Shown here: piece by piece, positions 18,917-28,307 of the stretch | How positions within the stretch are numbered: position 1 is the first letter of the stretch | Layout of the letters: each line of letters begins with the position of its first letter | Made by a program: the position numbers and the translations under genes | Notes under the pieces: model-generated | Databases searched by the model: none | Seen by the model: the letters and a program-made list of their open reading frames with translations, nothing else | Told to the model about the DNA's origin: nothing | Assembly: GCA_963662665.2 (NCBI GenBank) | Contig: CAXXJS010000025.1 | Span: forward strand, 1 to 64,000 | Length of the DNA: 64,000 bases | Direction of reading: 5' to 3' | Source of the DNA: Candidatus Latescibacterota bacterium | GTDB lineage: Bacteria > Latescibacterota > UBA2968 > GCA-2709665

Positions 18917-19242
18917 CTATTCCGGTTGGATGTTCCAGTTTACAAGACCCACGTCCTGCGGACCGTACAGCCCGGGTCCACCGGATCGCTCCACGTGGCG
19001 CCAAGGTCGTCGCTGAACAGCACCATGGCGAAATGTACCCAGGGACTGCCGGGATAGTCGCAGCTCAGCAGCATCAGGACCCGGTCCTTCTCCGGAATAT
19101 AGACGATGTGCGGCACGGCCGTCACCCGGTTCCAACTCTCGGTCACGATCTGCGATCGAGCCGGAAGTACGACCCCATCCGCATCCGGATTCAATCGGAT
19201 GACACTGTGTTCTTTCCAGTTATTCTGCTCTACGGCTGGCAC
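18917..19242 (-). pseudogene. Internally deleted sialidase/BNR-repeat (Asp-box) protein
   Basis: GTG 19242 after AAGGA. The frame reads to one Asp-box (SDDLGATWS) and ends at 18940; a second frame carries a C-terminus-like GLYGPQDVGLVNWNIQPE* ending at 18917. Confidence 0.6.
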
Positions 19243-19266
19243 GTATGTGTCCTTGATAGACGCAAC

Positions 19267-19750
19267 GTCTCCCCCAACCCCCTGAATTCCCCTATTTCCT
19301 TGCCCTTTTTCTTGCTTCGCCCAAGAAAAAGGGCGAAAAAGAAGGGCGCCGCTCGGCGCGGGGCCGGTTTTTCCGTGAAACACCTCATAGGCGCAAACGG
19401 GAATCCGGTGCCCTGTCACGGGACCCGCCCATCCCAAGCGATGTTGCCGGACGGAATCGCACGGAAAAACCCCCAACACCACCACCCGCCGCGTGATTGG
19501 ACGATGCGACGTTACGAACAACGAAAATGTCTCACCTTTAGCCGCGGAACGTGGCTCCACCCGCGTCCAATTCGTATTCGTAGGGGCAACCCTTGTGGTT
19601 GCCCGCCTAACGGGTGTTTCGGATCTTACCCTTTGTGTTTCTTTGTGCCTTTGTGTCTCCGTGTGAGCTAATTTTCGGTTTCGGCTGAGAGCCCACGCCT
19701 GGTTTTGCTCTCCCTCTCCCCACGGGAAAGGGGGCTGCGGGGAGAGGTTT
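19267..19750. repeat. Composite REP-like element, copy C, with a structured insert
   Basis: C-rich block 19267-19303; 13-bp hairpin 19302-19334; 12-bp inverted repeat 19366-19377/19460-19471; REP GTAGGGGCAACCCTTGTGGTTGCCC at 19580-19604; CTTTGTG tandem; CCCTCTCCC/GGGAAAGGG hairpin. Confidence 0.75.
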
Positions 19751-19767
19751 GCTCCACGTCCGCCCGT

Positions 19768-20760
19768 CTACACCTCAATCCAGCTTCCCTCATTGGACGA
19801 CGCGACGACCGCATCCAGGATCCGGAGCACGCGAAGACCGTCCGATACCGGAATGGGAGCAGGTGCTCCCGAGTTCGCGGCCTCCACGAACGCGGCCAGC
19901 TCCCGGTAACACATCTCCTCAAGGTTATCGCCGGGAATGCGCAGGACCGTGGGATGCGCGTATTCAGGGATCACCCGGCTTTCCACGGTCACAACGTCAC
20001 CCTTCCAGTCGCCCCGGACCCGCCCTCGGGTTCCGAACACGTCTACGAAATCGTAACCGACGCCGGAGGCCTGCGAGACGGAAAACGTCGCGACGGCGCC
20101 GCCCTTGAGCCGTACGGTATAGGCCGACGTCTCGTCCGTCCCTCCCGCATTCCATCGTACGGTGCCCGAAACGGATTCCGCATCGTCTCCCGTCATCCAC
20201 AACACCTGGTCCGTCAGGTGGGAGCCCAGAAAGAAGAGTTGACCGCCGCCTTCCGTCCAGGGCCCTCCGAGCCACCCTCCCAGGGGACCGCCGCCCTTGC
20301 CGGCCGCCACGAAGCTGACGTCACCCACCGCACCCCGGTCCAGCAGCGATTTGATGTACATCCGGCTGAGCGAATAGCGCATGCAGTAACCCACCATCGC
20401 CACCACGCCGTGCCTTTCGGCGGCTTCCACCACCTCAGCGCCCTCCGCGGCATTCAGTCCCATCGGCTTCTCGATAAAGACGTGCTTCCCGGCGCCGATG
20501 GCCGACAGCGCCACGGCCTTGAGGTACCGGTGCGGAACCGCCACGACCACCGCGTCCACACATGAGCTTTCCGTGACTTCCGCCACAGAATCGTGCACCG
20601 CTTCGATTCCGAAGGCGTCAGCCACCTGTCGAGCCCTGGCTTCATCCACGTCCGCGCACGAAACCAGCCGGGCGGAATCTATCCGTGAGAGTGCCGGGGC
20701 GAGATTCATGCGGGTCTGCCCGCCGCATCCAACCAGCCCGACACGCAGTGTATCCGACAT
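19768..20760 (-). CDS. Gfo/Idh/MocA family oxidoreductase
   Basis: VGLVGCGG, GKHVFIEKPM, GGGQLFFLGSHLTD; AGGAGA RBS. Confidence 0.9.
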   Translation of the reverse strand: MSDTLRVGLVGCGGQTRMNLAPALSRIDSARLVSCADVDEARARQVADAFGIEAVHDSVAEVTESSCVDAVVVAVPHRYLKAVALSAIGAGKHVFIEKPMGLNAAEGAEVVEAAERHGVVAMVGYCMRYSLSRMYIKSLLDRGAVGDVSFVAAGKGGGPLGGWLGGPWTEGGGQLFFLGSHLTDQVLWMTGDDAESVSGTVRWNAGGTDETSAYTVRLKGGAVATFSVSQASGVGYDFVDVFGTRGRVRGDWKGDVVTVESRVIPEYAHPTVLRIPGDNLEEMCYRELAAFVEAANSGAPAPIPVSDGLRVLRILDAVVASSNEGSWIEV

Positions 20761-20831
20761 GGGAGTCTCCTGAGGAAGGTACGTTCGAGGATTCTGCTGT
20801 ATTCAGCCGGCCAGAAACATCGCGAAGCGCA

Positions 20832-23800
20832 TCACAGACCCAGCATCGAGAGCGTCCCGTCCGAACAACCCAGCAGCAGGCGACCGCCCTCGTGCGGCGT
20901 CAGGGCATGAATCTTCGCCTCGGTACGGTGGATGCCCGTCGTTCGTCCGTCTGCGTCAAGAATCCATACGCTCCCGTCTTCACATCCGGCGACGAGCTCC
21001 GGCGCGCCGTCCTGATTCACGTCGGCGGCGAAAAGCCGGCGCACCGGAGCTCCCAGATTGCGCCGCCATCGCTCGGCCCCCGTATCGTCGAAGAGGTAGA
21101 GGTAGTAACAATCCGACCCGGCCGCCACCTCGGGCTTCCCGTCGCCGTCCACGTCCACCGCGGCGACCGCGTGTACCTCTTCGCCCACGTCCCGCGTCCA
21201 CAGTGCCGCCAGTGTCTGACCGTCCAGCCTCAGCGCGTGTACCTTCGACCTGGTCGTTCCACACGCGATCAGATTGTCGCCGTTCCCGTAAAGATACACG
21301 TCGCATCCGGGCAGCATCGACGGCCATCCGTCCAGCCCGTTGCTGGCGATCTCATTGCCGTCCGCGTCCAGCACGTAGCAGGTCCCACCGCAGGATATCC
21401 GGCCGGGCCCACCGACCACCTCAGGCAGACCGTCTCCGTCCACGTCCGCCAGGCAGAACGGGTCGAAGATACCGTAAATGAAGAAATTCCAGCGCTTGTT
21501 GCCGTCCGCGTCGAAACAATGAAGTTGCCGGTCGGTGACCGCCGCGAGGATATCGGACCGTCCCGTGCCGCGAAGGTCTGCTGCTTTGACCAGTTCGACT
21601 GAGGAATTGCGGGTATACCACGCCCATCCTCCGCGGAAGATCTCGAACCTCTGGGACCACTGCACGGCGCCTCCGCCATCCAGGTAGTAGAGACATCGGT
21701 CATTGGCGCCGGCCGCCACCGGACCGCTTTCGTCGCCGTCCCGCCCCGCCGCGCACACCGACAACACGGCATCCCCGGCCTGAAACGTCCACATGGCTTC
21801 TCCTTCCCGAGACAGCGCCACAACGCGCCCATCCTGCGTCCCTGCAACCACGCCACCTCCCCTGAGCGACGCGCATCGCACGGCGGAGCCGAAGTCGTGC
21901 GACCATACGGGACGCAATGATGGCGTCGATCCCTTCCGGATGGACGCTCCCGCACCGGGACGCCATTCAGGAAGTCTCCGCAGCGTTGGTGAAATACGTG
22001 CGCCGTCCCCGGCCGCCAGGCGTACGTGATGCCGTCCGGCCTGCAACGTTTGCTTCTCGCCGCACAAAACGGCGTTTGCGGTGTCCTTCGTGTCCGCCAC
22101 GCCGACGCCGGACTCCAGGTCCAACTCTATGGACACCGGCGCGTCGCTTTCGAAAAGCGTTTTGTCTGTGCGTAACAACGCGCCTCCGAGCAGGGCGAAC
22201 CAACCCTCTCCGATCGCGTATACGTCCGCCCCTCCCGATACCGGGCCGGCCGCAAACGAGCCGTCCGCGCCGCCGGTCCCGATGAGCATTCGCCCCTCCG
22301 ATCCTTCGATCAGGACCGCGGTCTCTCCAATGCGCCGCATCCGTACGTCCACGGGTTTCGCATCGTTTGTCGCGTAGAACAGATTGATGAACGTGTGCCG
22401 GTCGTCCGCCTTCATCTCGCGGCTGACGGACTGGCGCAGGATATTGACGAAATCATCCGAATACGGATAGTCTTTCCACCAGTGTCCGAAGGCCTCCCAG
22501 TCCCGTTCCATGGTGACCCGGTCGCCTCCGGCGCCTTCCAGGACGAATCGATCTTCCCGCCCGCTGTCCGGGTCGCGCTGCAGGGTCTCCAGCCGATCCC
22601 CATCCAGCGTCGGCGTCCCCAGCGTTCGCCAGTTGCATTCCAGCGCGAACGTCCCCGCCTTGCTGGCTTCGACCTCATCGATGACTACGAAAAAACGCCC
22701 CTTGCGCCAGACTACGTTTCTTGTCCATCGCGCTCCCCATTCCCCATCCATCGAGGTCCGGCTCATGCCCGTCCGATCCAGGTCCGCCATGCCATCCAGT
22801 CGGCACAGGGCGGGCACCCCCCACGGCTCTCCGTTCCGGACCGCCGTCACCCCGTTGTGATGTTTCAGGGTAGGCCCTTCCGTGTAAGAGGCATCCACGA
22901 GAAACACACGGTCGTTCGCCGAAAACTCCACGATGGTGTTTCCGTCGTCGTGCCCGTGGTTGCCGTATGAAATCCCGTGGATCATCAGGTACTGGTCGTC
23001 CCGGTCGAACCCCTCGCGAAAACAGACCGTATCGAACGCCGCGTCGCGCGGCAGATTGAGAGGCTTCACTTCAGACGGCCGCGCCCTGGGGTCGGCGGCG
23101 AAGTCGTAGAAGCCCTTCGCGACCTCCAGCACTCCCGCACCGGCCATTTCCGAGGGCGTCTCGGGCTCCAGACCGTCGCCGTAGTATCTCTCGAATCCAT
23201 GGATGAGCGACACCCGGTCCGAATGTGCGCGAATCAGGAACTCCGCGCGGCCGTCCCGAAGCACGTGCCCCGCCTTGGCAAGGAAACTGGCGGGCGGCGG
23301 CACCTGGCACCCCCCCGAGTCGCCAAATGGCGGCATCGCTCCGCGGTTGTTGCAATACATCACCGCCTGGTCCAGCGACCGGCGGCAATTCCCGTTCTCG
23401 ACGTACGTCTGGTCTCCGCTGGCCAGCGTATAAGTCAGAAGATGGTCCAGTGTGGTCCACTGGTAGGCATTCGCGTCCTCGGTGGGCTTGAACGATTCCG
23501 CCTGCCCCTTGAACAGGTCCGCGGACGCCGCCTGCCACTCCTGTGCCTCCGGCATCCCGTAATGCGTGGCGAAGTACCGGCCCGCGAACCACGAAGACAG
23601 ACCCACCAGCGTCTGGTGGTTCTGACGCACCATCCTGTGACCCACTCCCTCACGAAAAAATCTGTTGTACGCGCCTTCGTGGGAATCCATTAACCACAGC
23701 AGATAGCGCGTGATCCGCAGGCGGTCCTCGTCTGAAAATACCGGACTCTCCTCGATCAGGTCCCAGATGACCGCCAGCCACCACACGTTGAAGTGCGCCA

Positions 23801-24533
23801 TCACGCCATGCTCACCCATCTTCAGGTGCGCATCCACCGCTTCGCGTAACGCCTTCGCATGGACCTCGAACCCCGTCCGATGATACGCATAGCCCTGCCT
23901 TCCCGCTTCAGTAACCATCCCATGCCCCGCCCCGGCTTTCGAGGCGTGCGGCTGGCTGACCTGCCGGATGTAGTCCTCCCGCCGCTCGTCGAGCCAGCCG
24001 CGGGCCGGACGGGTGAGCGAATCGAAGGCCTGGCCTTGTCCGACCTCCATCAGCCATACGAAACTCACACTCGCGTCCGTGCCGACTCGCGCCATAAACC
24101 GCGACGCCGCGCGGTCCAGCCCGGCTTCGTCGCTGGCTCCAAGCAGGACGACGTTCTTTCCGTTTCCCGACAGGTTGTGAAGCGTCCGCAACGTGTACCC
24201 TCCCACGCCCGGATAACAGAGATCTTCGATGGCCCACCACTGGTAATACAGCCAACGGATGAAGGGGTTGGCGGCCATATTCCCCAGCGCAACAACGTGT
24301 GTATCGAGCAGCGGCCCGGAGGCCGTCACGTCATCGGCGCAAACGACCGGAAGACGGGCGCCCGTGGCCGCCTCAATCCGTTCGACGATTCGCACTGCCA
24401 ACCGCCGCTGCGCCGGATTCTCCCCGATGACGATCTTCCCTCGGGGCTCACCGTTCGCCGCCAGCACAGTTTCAGTGTGCATTTCCTTCAACGTATCGAT
24501 GTTCAGTCCGACCGACCCCTGATCCGAGTCCAT
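20832..24533 (-). CDS. Giant heparinase-like + beta-propeller protein (paralog 2)
   Basis: YPGVGGYTLRTLHN, WDLIEESPVFSD, RQNHQ, NHGHDDGNTI, DVDGDG blades. ATG 24533 after AGGAGG; no signal peptide. Confidence 0.75.
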   Translation of the reverse strand: MDSDQGSVGLNIDTLKEMHTETVLAANGEPRGKIVIGENPAQRRLAVRIVERIEAATGARLPVVCADDVTASGPLLDTHVVALGNMAANPFIRWLYYQWWAIEDLCYPGVGGYTLRTLHNLSGNGKNVVLLGASDEAGLDRAASRFMARVGTDASVSFVWLMEVGQGQAFDSLTRPARGWLDERREDYIRQVSQPHASKAGAGHGMVTEAGRQGYAYHRTGFEVHAKALREAVDAHLKMGEHGVMAHFNVWWLAVIWDLIEESPVFSDEDRLRITRYLLWLMDSHEGAYNRFFREGVGHRMVRQNHQTLVGLSSWFAGRYFATHYGMPEAQEWQAASADLFKGQAESFKPTEDANAYQWTTLDHLLTYTLASGDQTYVENGNCRRSLDQAVMYCNNRGAMPPFGDSGGCQVPPPASFLAKAGHVLRDGRAEFLIRAHSDRVSLIHGFERYYGDGLEPETPSEMAGAGVLEVAKGFYDFAADPRARPSEVKPLNLPRDAAFDTVCFREGFDRDDQYLMIHGISYGNHGHDDGNTIVEFSANDRVFLVDASYTEGPTLKHHNGVTAVRNGEPWGVPALCRLDGMADLDRTGMSRTSMDGEWGARWTRNVVWRKGRFFVVIDEVEASKAGTFALECNWRTLGTPTLDGDRLETLQRDPDSGREDRFVLEGAGGDRVTMERDWEAFGHWWKDYPYSDDFVNILRQSVSREMKADDRHTFINLFYATNDAKPVDVRMRRIGETAVLIEGSEGRMLIGTGGADGSFAAGPVSGGADVYAIGEGWFALLGGALLRTDKTLFESDAPVSIELDLESGVGVADTKDTANAVLCGEKQTLQAGRHHVRLAAGDGARISPTLRRLPEWRPGAGASIRKGSTPSLRPVWSHDFGSAVRCASLRGGGVVAGTQDGRVVALSREGEAMWTFQAGDAVLSVCAAGRDGDESGPVAAGANDRCLYYLDGGGAVQWSQRFEIFRGGWAWYTRNSSVELVKAADLRGTGRSDILAAVTDRQLHCFDADGNKRWNFFIYGIFDPFCLADVDGDGLPEVVGGPGRISCGGTCYVLDADGNEIASNGLDGWPSMLPGCDVYLYGNGDNLIACGTTRSKVHALRLDGQTLAALWTRDVGEEVHAVAAVDVDGDGKPEVAAGSDCYYLYLFDDTGAERWRRNLGAPVRRLFAADVNQDGAPELVAGCEDGSVWILDADGRTTGIHRTEAKIHALTPHEGGRLLLGCSDGTLSMLGL

Positions 24534-24546
24534 TTTTCCTCCTGCC

Positions 24547-27500
24547 CTACCGGCCGTCATCCACGCGCCACCGGCTGATCTCCCCCTGGTCCGTCGCCAG
24601 GATTACGGTTCCGTTCACTCTCTCTATGCAGGTCGGCCTCCCGGTGAACCTGCCCGACCGCACGACCTCCCCGCCGCCATCCAGGACGACAAGCGTCCCG
24701 TCTTCACAGCCAACCGCAACCCTTGCGCCGCCCTCGACCCCCAGTGCCGCCATCACTGTCGGCGGTGATGGCAACCGCCTCGACCAGATCATTTCACACC
24801 GGTGATCCAGAGCGAGAATAAGGCCGCCTGACAACGCCGCAAGCAACTCTTTCTTTCCATCGCCATCCAGGTCGACAACGTCGAAGTCCCGTACGTTGTC
24901 CGCCGGAATGCGCTGCCCGGGGCCAAGTTGAACGTTGTGCAACGCCCGCCCGTCCTCAGACCAGACAGTCACCCGGTTCCATGTCCCGTTGATCTCACTG
25001 ACCACTTCCTTCCTGCCGTCCCCATCCAGATCCTCATTGATGATGTGCTTGCGGCTCATGCAGGCCCACCCGCCGATATTCGTATGTCCGTCCGGCACGT
25101 CGCGGAAGGCGCGCTGTTTCGGATCCAGTTCCCGGTTGTTCACCACGGCCATCGCGTGGGAATCCGTGGGCTGCCGCGCAATCAGCAGATCGATGCTGCC
25201 CTTCGGTCCGTCGATCAGGGCGAACCGGGAACCCGGGCCCCAGAATACCGGGAGCCGTTTTACCAGATTCCCGTCCCGATCCAGAATCTCGAGCGTACAG
25301 GCGCTGCCCACGAATGCCTGGCTCCTGCCTTCCAGAAAAACGCCGGAATGGAGTCCGTGAACCCCCGCGTGTCCCGGCGCCGTCTTAAACCAGTAGGGTT
25401 TTGCGGCCATGAACACTGCGGAGTCTTCCTCGGAGACGAAGTCCCACTTCCGGTTGCCGGAGTGCGGATCGACCGCGATTACCTTTTCATCCTCGCATCC
25501 GGCCAGAAGGAGGTCGTGCTCCCCCCACCAGTGGAGAAGACGGATGGGACCGTCCGTCGGCAGGGTTCGAAGTGCTTCTCCATCCCGGGACAACACGTGA
25601 ATTTTCTCAGCCTCTGCCGCACAGATCCGCGTTTCCCCGCCGGAGTCGACGGCGACGAGGTCCACAACCGCGCCACCGACGCAGGATACGAAAACCGGGG
25701 CCATGGCAGGGACGTCCGGGAGAGCGGGCGAAGGCGCGGCCGCTGCAAGCCGTCTGGCATCCCGGCCCTGCTCCAGAAGGCCGTCGAGCCGCGCCGTAAC
25801 CCTTTCAAGCGCGGCCGCGTCGGGCGCCGCGCCGGTAATTGAATGCCTTCCCGCGGGGATTCGGATGGTCGCCGGGCCCTGTCCATCCCCCCCGTACTCC
25901 GAAACGCTTCCGCCAACGCGCACGCCGCGTGGATCGGAAACGGTCAGCAGGATTTCGGTCTCTTCATCCGCGACCACCTCCATCGCGCCACTTTGAAAGT
26001 CCCAGTCGACCTGCACGGGCACGCTTGCGCAAAACAGCGTGGCGCCCAGAGACGCCCCGGAAAGGTTGACGCCGTGCAGATGGGTACCGGCCAGCACGAC
26101 CAGGTCGCCGTTCAGACCCTCGTATTCGCCCACGGCGGCCACGGCAGGCTCCGGGAGCGCAAGTGCCGCGGCGTTTTCGTCCAGCCGCGCGCACGTCGTG
26201 GCATCCCCTGCCAGCAGCGAAAAGATGCATCTCTCGTCTCCCTTTGCTACTCGTCCCCGCCAGATCATACGCGCCTGACCGTCCGCAACCTCGGTATCCA
26301 ACGGTTCCGACGTGCGTATCCGTCCTGCATCCCGGATACGCACGGCCCCTCCCTCCGGCAGCGCCTCCCACGCACCCTTTCCCTGCCACAGCACCTCCAC
26401 TTCCAGTTCCTCGCTGTCCTCGCTGAACGCCAGGTGGTCCACAAACAGCGCGTAACGCCCCACCCGCTGCGCCAGCGTTCTTTGCCACACGCAGAAGGCA
26501 GCCTTCGGTACCTCGGCCGCGATCAGGGCGGTCCTCCCCACCACGTTCCGGTACTTCAGCGCCGAGTCCATCGCCACCACCGGTTCCACCGTTCCCTCCG
26601 AGCGGGTCAACACCTGGTTCAGATAGCCTTCCAGCAGCGTTTCTCCATCCAGCCGCAGTTCAAGGACGACAAAGGTGTGATACGCGTTCCGGGAGGCACC
26701 GTTCATCCCCTTCACCAGGATGAAATCGCCCGTTGAATCCGCCGCGCTCCGAAAACTGCCGAACAGAAAGGAGTCCTCCAGCGGCAGTCCGCTGTTTCGG
26801 CCCCGCCACATCGGTTCCGGGATCGGATGGATGGACCACCTGTTTACCAGGTCCGTTGGCAGCCGCGGCTCGATATCGTCTTCCGGCCAGAAGGACTGCC
26901 CCAGCCGGAAGACGTCAAGGTCCATCCCGGTCCGGCGAAGGTATTCGCGGTAACGGCCGTCGCCCGTGAGATAGGCGGCTTTGTTGAGTAATCCGATGGA
27001 CGCGGAATTCAGGGCCCAGTCGGGCTCGCGTCCCGAGGCGAGGATCTCCTGCCCGCGAAGCAGGGTGTCCATCACGCCGTTTTCAATCGGCTTCCGGTCG
27101 CCCGTAAGCAGCATATAGCTGAGAACAGGGGCCATACCGGTATTGTACCAGAACAGATTGTCGTGCTCCCCGTCAACCCACGCGTGACGATGCAGAGATG
27201 CGAAATGCCACCGGGCCGCCTCCATGGATTGCTCCCAGAGCGGGCTCGGGTAGCAGGTCTGAAAGTATCGTCCAAGGCAGTAGAGCGATATCGCGGACCA
27301 CTGTCCGTGCCGCGATCCCACGCTTTGTGGCGGGTCTCCGAATCCCCTCGCTCCGCGCCGCGCATTCTCCGCGACCTGCCGCCGCGCGCCCTGGTCCTGC
27401 GCGTGACCGAATTGTGCGGCAAAAGCGTTCGTCACCCGCAACCGTTCGGCGTCCGTAAATACCGGGCTCTCCTCTATCAGATCCCAGTACAGGATCATCA

Positions 27501-28263
27501 TATGCGCGTTGTAGTGGTAGGGACCGCTAAGCGGCTCGTCCTTGTTTTCGATCCGTTCGCCGTCGATATCTGTAATTTCGGCCATCGCAGCCTCGTCCGG
27601 AAAGGCCAGCCGGATGGCTTCCCGCGCGTGAAAGGCGTCTCCGGTCATGTAGTACATCGCCATTCGCTTGCTGATGCTGTTCCACCCGAAATACCCCACC
27701 GATCCGTACCCGGCGGACGCCTCCCAGGTTTCGAATTCCCGGATGTCCCCGGGAATCTGGATCCCGCGCCCCAGTTCGATCTCCATCAGCCAGCCCAGCG
27801 AAAGCCGGCCCTTCCCTCCCTCCGCTTCCGACACCCTCTCCACCAGCGCGTCAGACGCCGCCGCCACACCGTCTTCATCACTGCCGCCCGCAAAGATAAC
27901 ATTGTACCCGTTGCCGAACGGATTATGAAGCGACCGAACTTCGTAACCGCCCGTGCCGGGATACCGCAGATCCAGCAGCGTGCAGTACTGGTTGTAGAGT
28001 ATTTCAATCGTGCGGTTGCTGGACCGGTTGCCCAGTAAGATGACATGGCCCGTAACAGGCACGGCGGCTGCCGCGGACGTGTCCGCGGCAATGGGCACGC
28101 GCACGCCGGTTTGCGCCTGAATCGCCGCCTGAATGCGATTCGCGGCCCCGGCGTAAAGTCCACTTTCCGGGACAACGATTGTCGCATTCGCCTTACCGCC
28201 CACGACCAGTTGCGTATCGAGATTCAGACCCTTCAGTTCCGTGTACACCGGTGGTATACGCAT
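24547..28263 (-). CDS. Giant heparinase-like + beta-propeller protein (paralog 3, divergent)
   Basis: YPGTGGYEVRSLHNPFGNG, WDLIEESPVFTD, SRHGQW, DLDGDG blades. ATG 28263 after GGAGGG. Confidence 0.7.
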   Translation of the reverse strand: MRIPPVYTELKGLNLDTQLVVGGKANATIVVPESGLYAGAANRIQAAIQAQTGVRVPIAADTSAAAAVPVTGHVILLGNRSSNRTIEILYNQYCTLLDLRYPGTGGYEVRSLHNPFGNGYNVIFAGGSDEDGVAAASDALVERVSEAEGGKGRLSLGWLMEIELGRGIQIPGDIREFETWEASAGYGSVGYFGWNSISKRMAMYYMTGDAFHAREAIRLAFPDEAAMAEITDIDGERIENKDEPLSGPYHYNAHMMILYWDLIEESPVFTDAERLRVTNAFAAQFGHAQDQGARRQVAENARRGARGFGDPPQSVGSRHGQWSAISLYCLGRYFQTCYPSPLWEQSMEAARWHFASLHRHAWVDGEHDNLFWYNTGMAPVLSYMLLTGDRKPIENGVMDTLLRGQEILASGREPDWALNSASIGLLNKAAYLTGDGRYREYLRRTGMDLDVFRLGQSFWPEDDIEPRLPTDLVNRWSIHPIPEPMWRGRNSGLPLEDSFLFGSFRSAADSTGDFILVKGMNGASRNAYHTFVVLELRLDGETLLEGYLNQVLTRSEGTVEPVVAMDSALKYRNVVGRTALIAAEVPKAAFCVWQRTLAQRVGRYALFVDHLAFSEDSEELEVEVLWQGKGAWEALPEGGAVRIRDAGRIRTSEPLDTEVADGQARMIWRGRVAKGDERCIFSLLAGDATTCARLDENAAALALPEPAVAAVGEYEGLNGDLVVLAGTHLHGVNLSGASLGATLFCASVPVQVDWDFQSGAMEVVADEETEILLTVSDPRGVRVGGSVSEYGGDGQGPATIRIPAGRHSITGAAPDAAALERVTARLDGLLEQGRDARRLAAAAPSPALPDVPAMAPVFVSCVGGAVVDLVAVDSGGETRICAAEAEKIHVLSRDGEALRTLPTDGPIRLLHWWGEHDLLLAGCEDEKVIAVDPHSGNRKWDFVSEEDSAVFMAAKPYWFKTAPGHAGVHGLHSGVFLEGRSQAFVGSACTLEILDRDGNLVKRLPVFWGPGSRFALIDGPKGSIDLLIARQPTDSHAMAVVNNRELDPKQRAFRDVPDGHTNIGGWACMSRKHIINEDLDGDGRKEVVSEINGTWNRVTVWSEDGRALHNVQLGPGQRIPADNVRDFDVVDLDGDGKKELLAALSGGLILALDHRCEMIWSRRLPSPPTVMAALGVEGGARVAVGCEDGTLVVLDGGGEVVRSGRFTGRPTCIERVNGTVILATDQGEISRWRVDDGR

Positions 28264-28307
28264 CGGATCATTCCCTCCGTTACATACGGACTTCGCCTGC
28301 TTCCGAA

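Noticed and set aside
19630-19665. CTTTGTG short tandem repeats as a possible CRISPR array
   Set aside because: Units are 8-10 bp with no spacers and there are no cas genes; they belong to the composite repeat.
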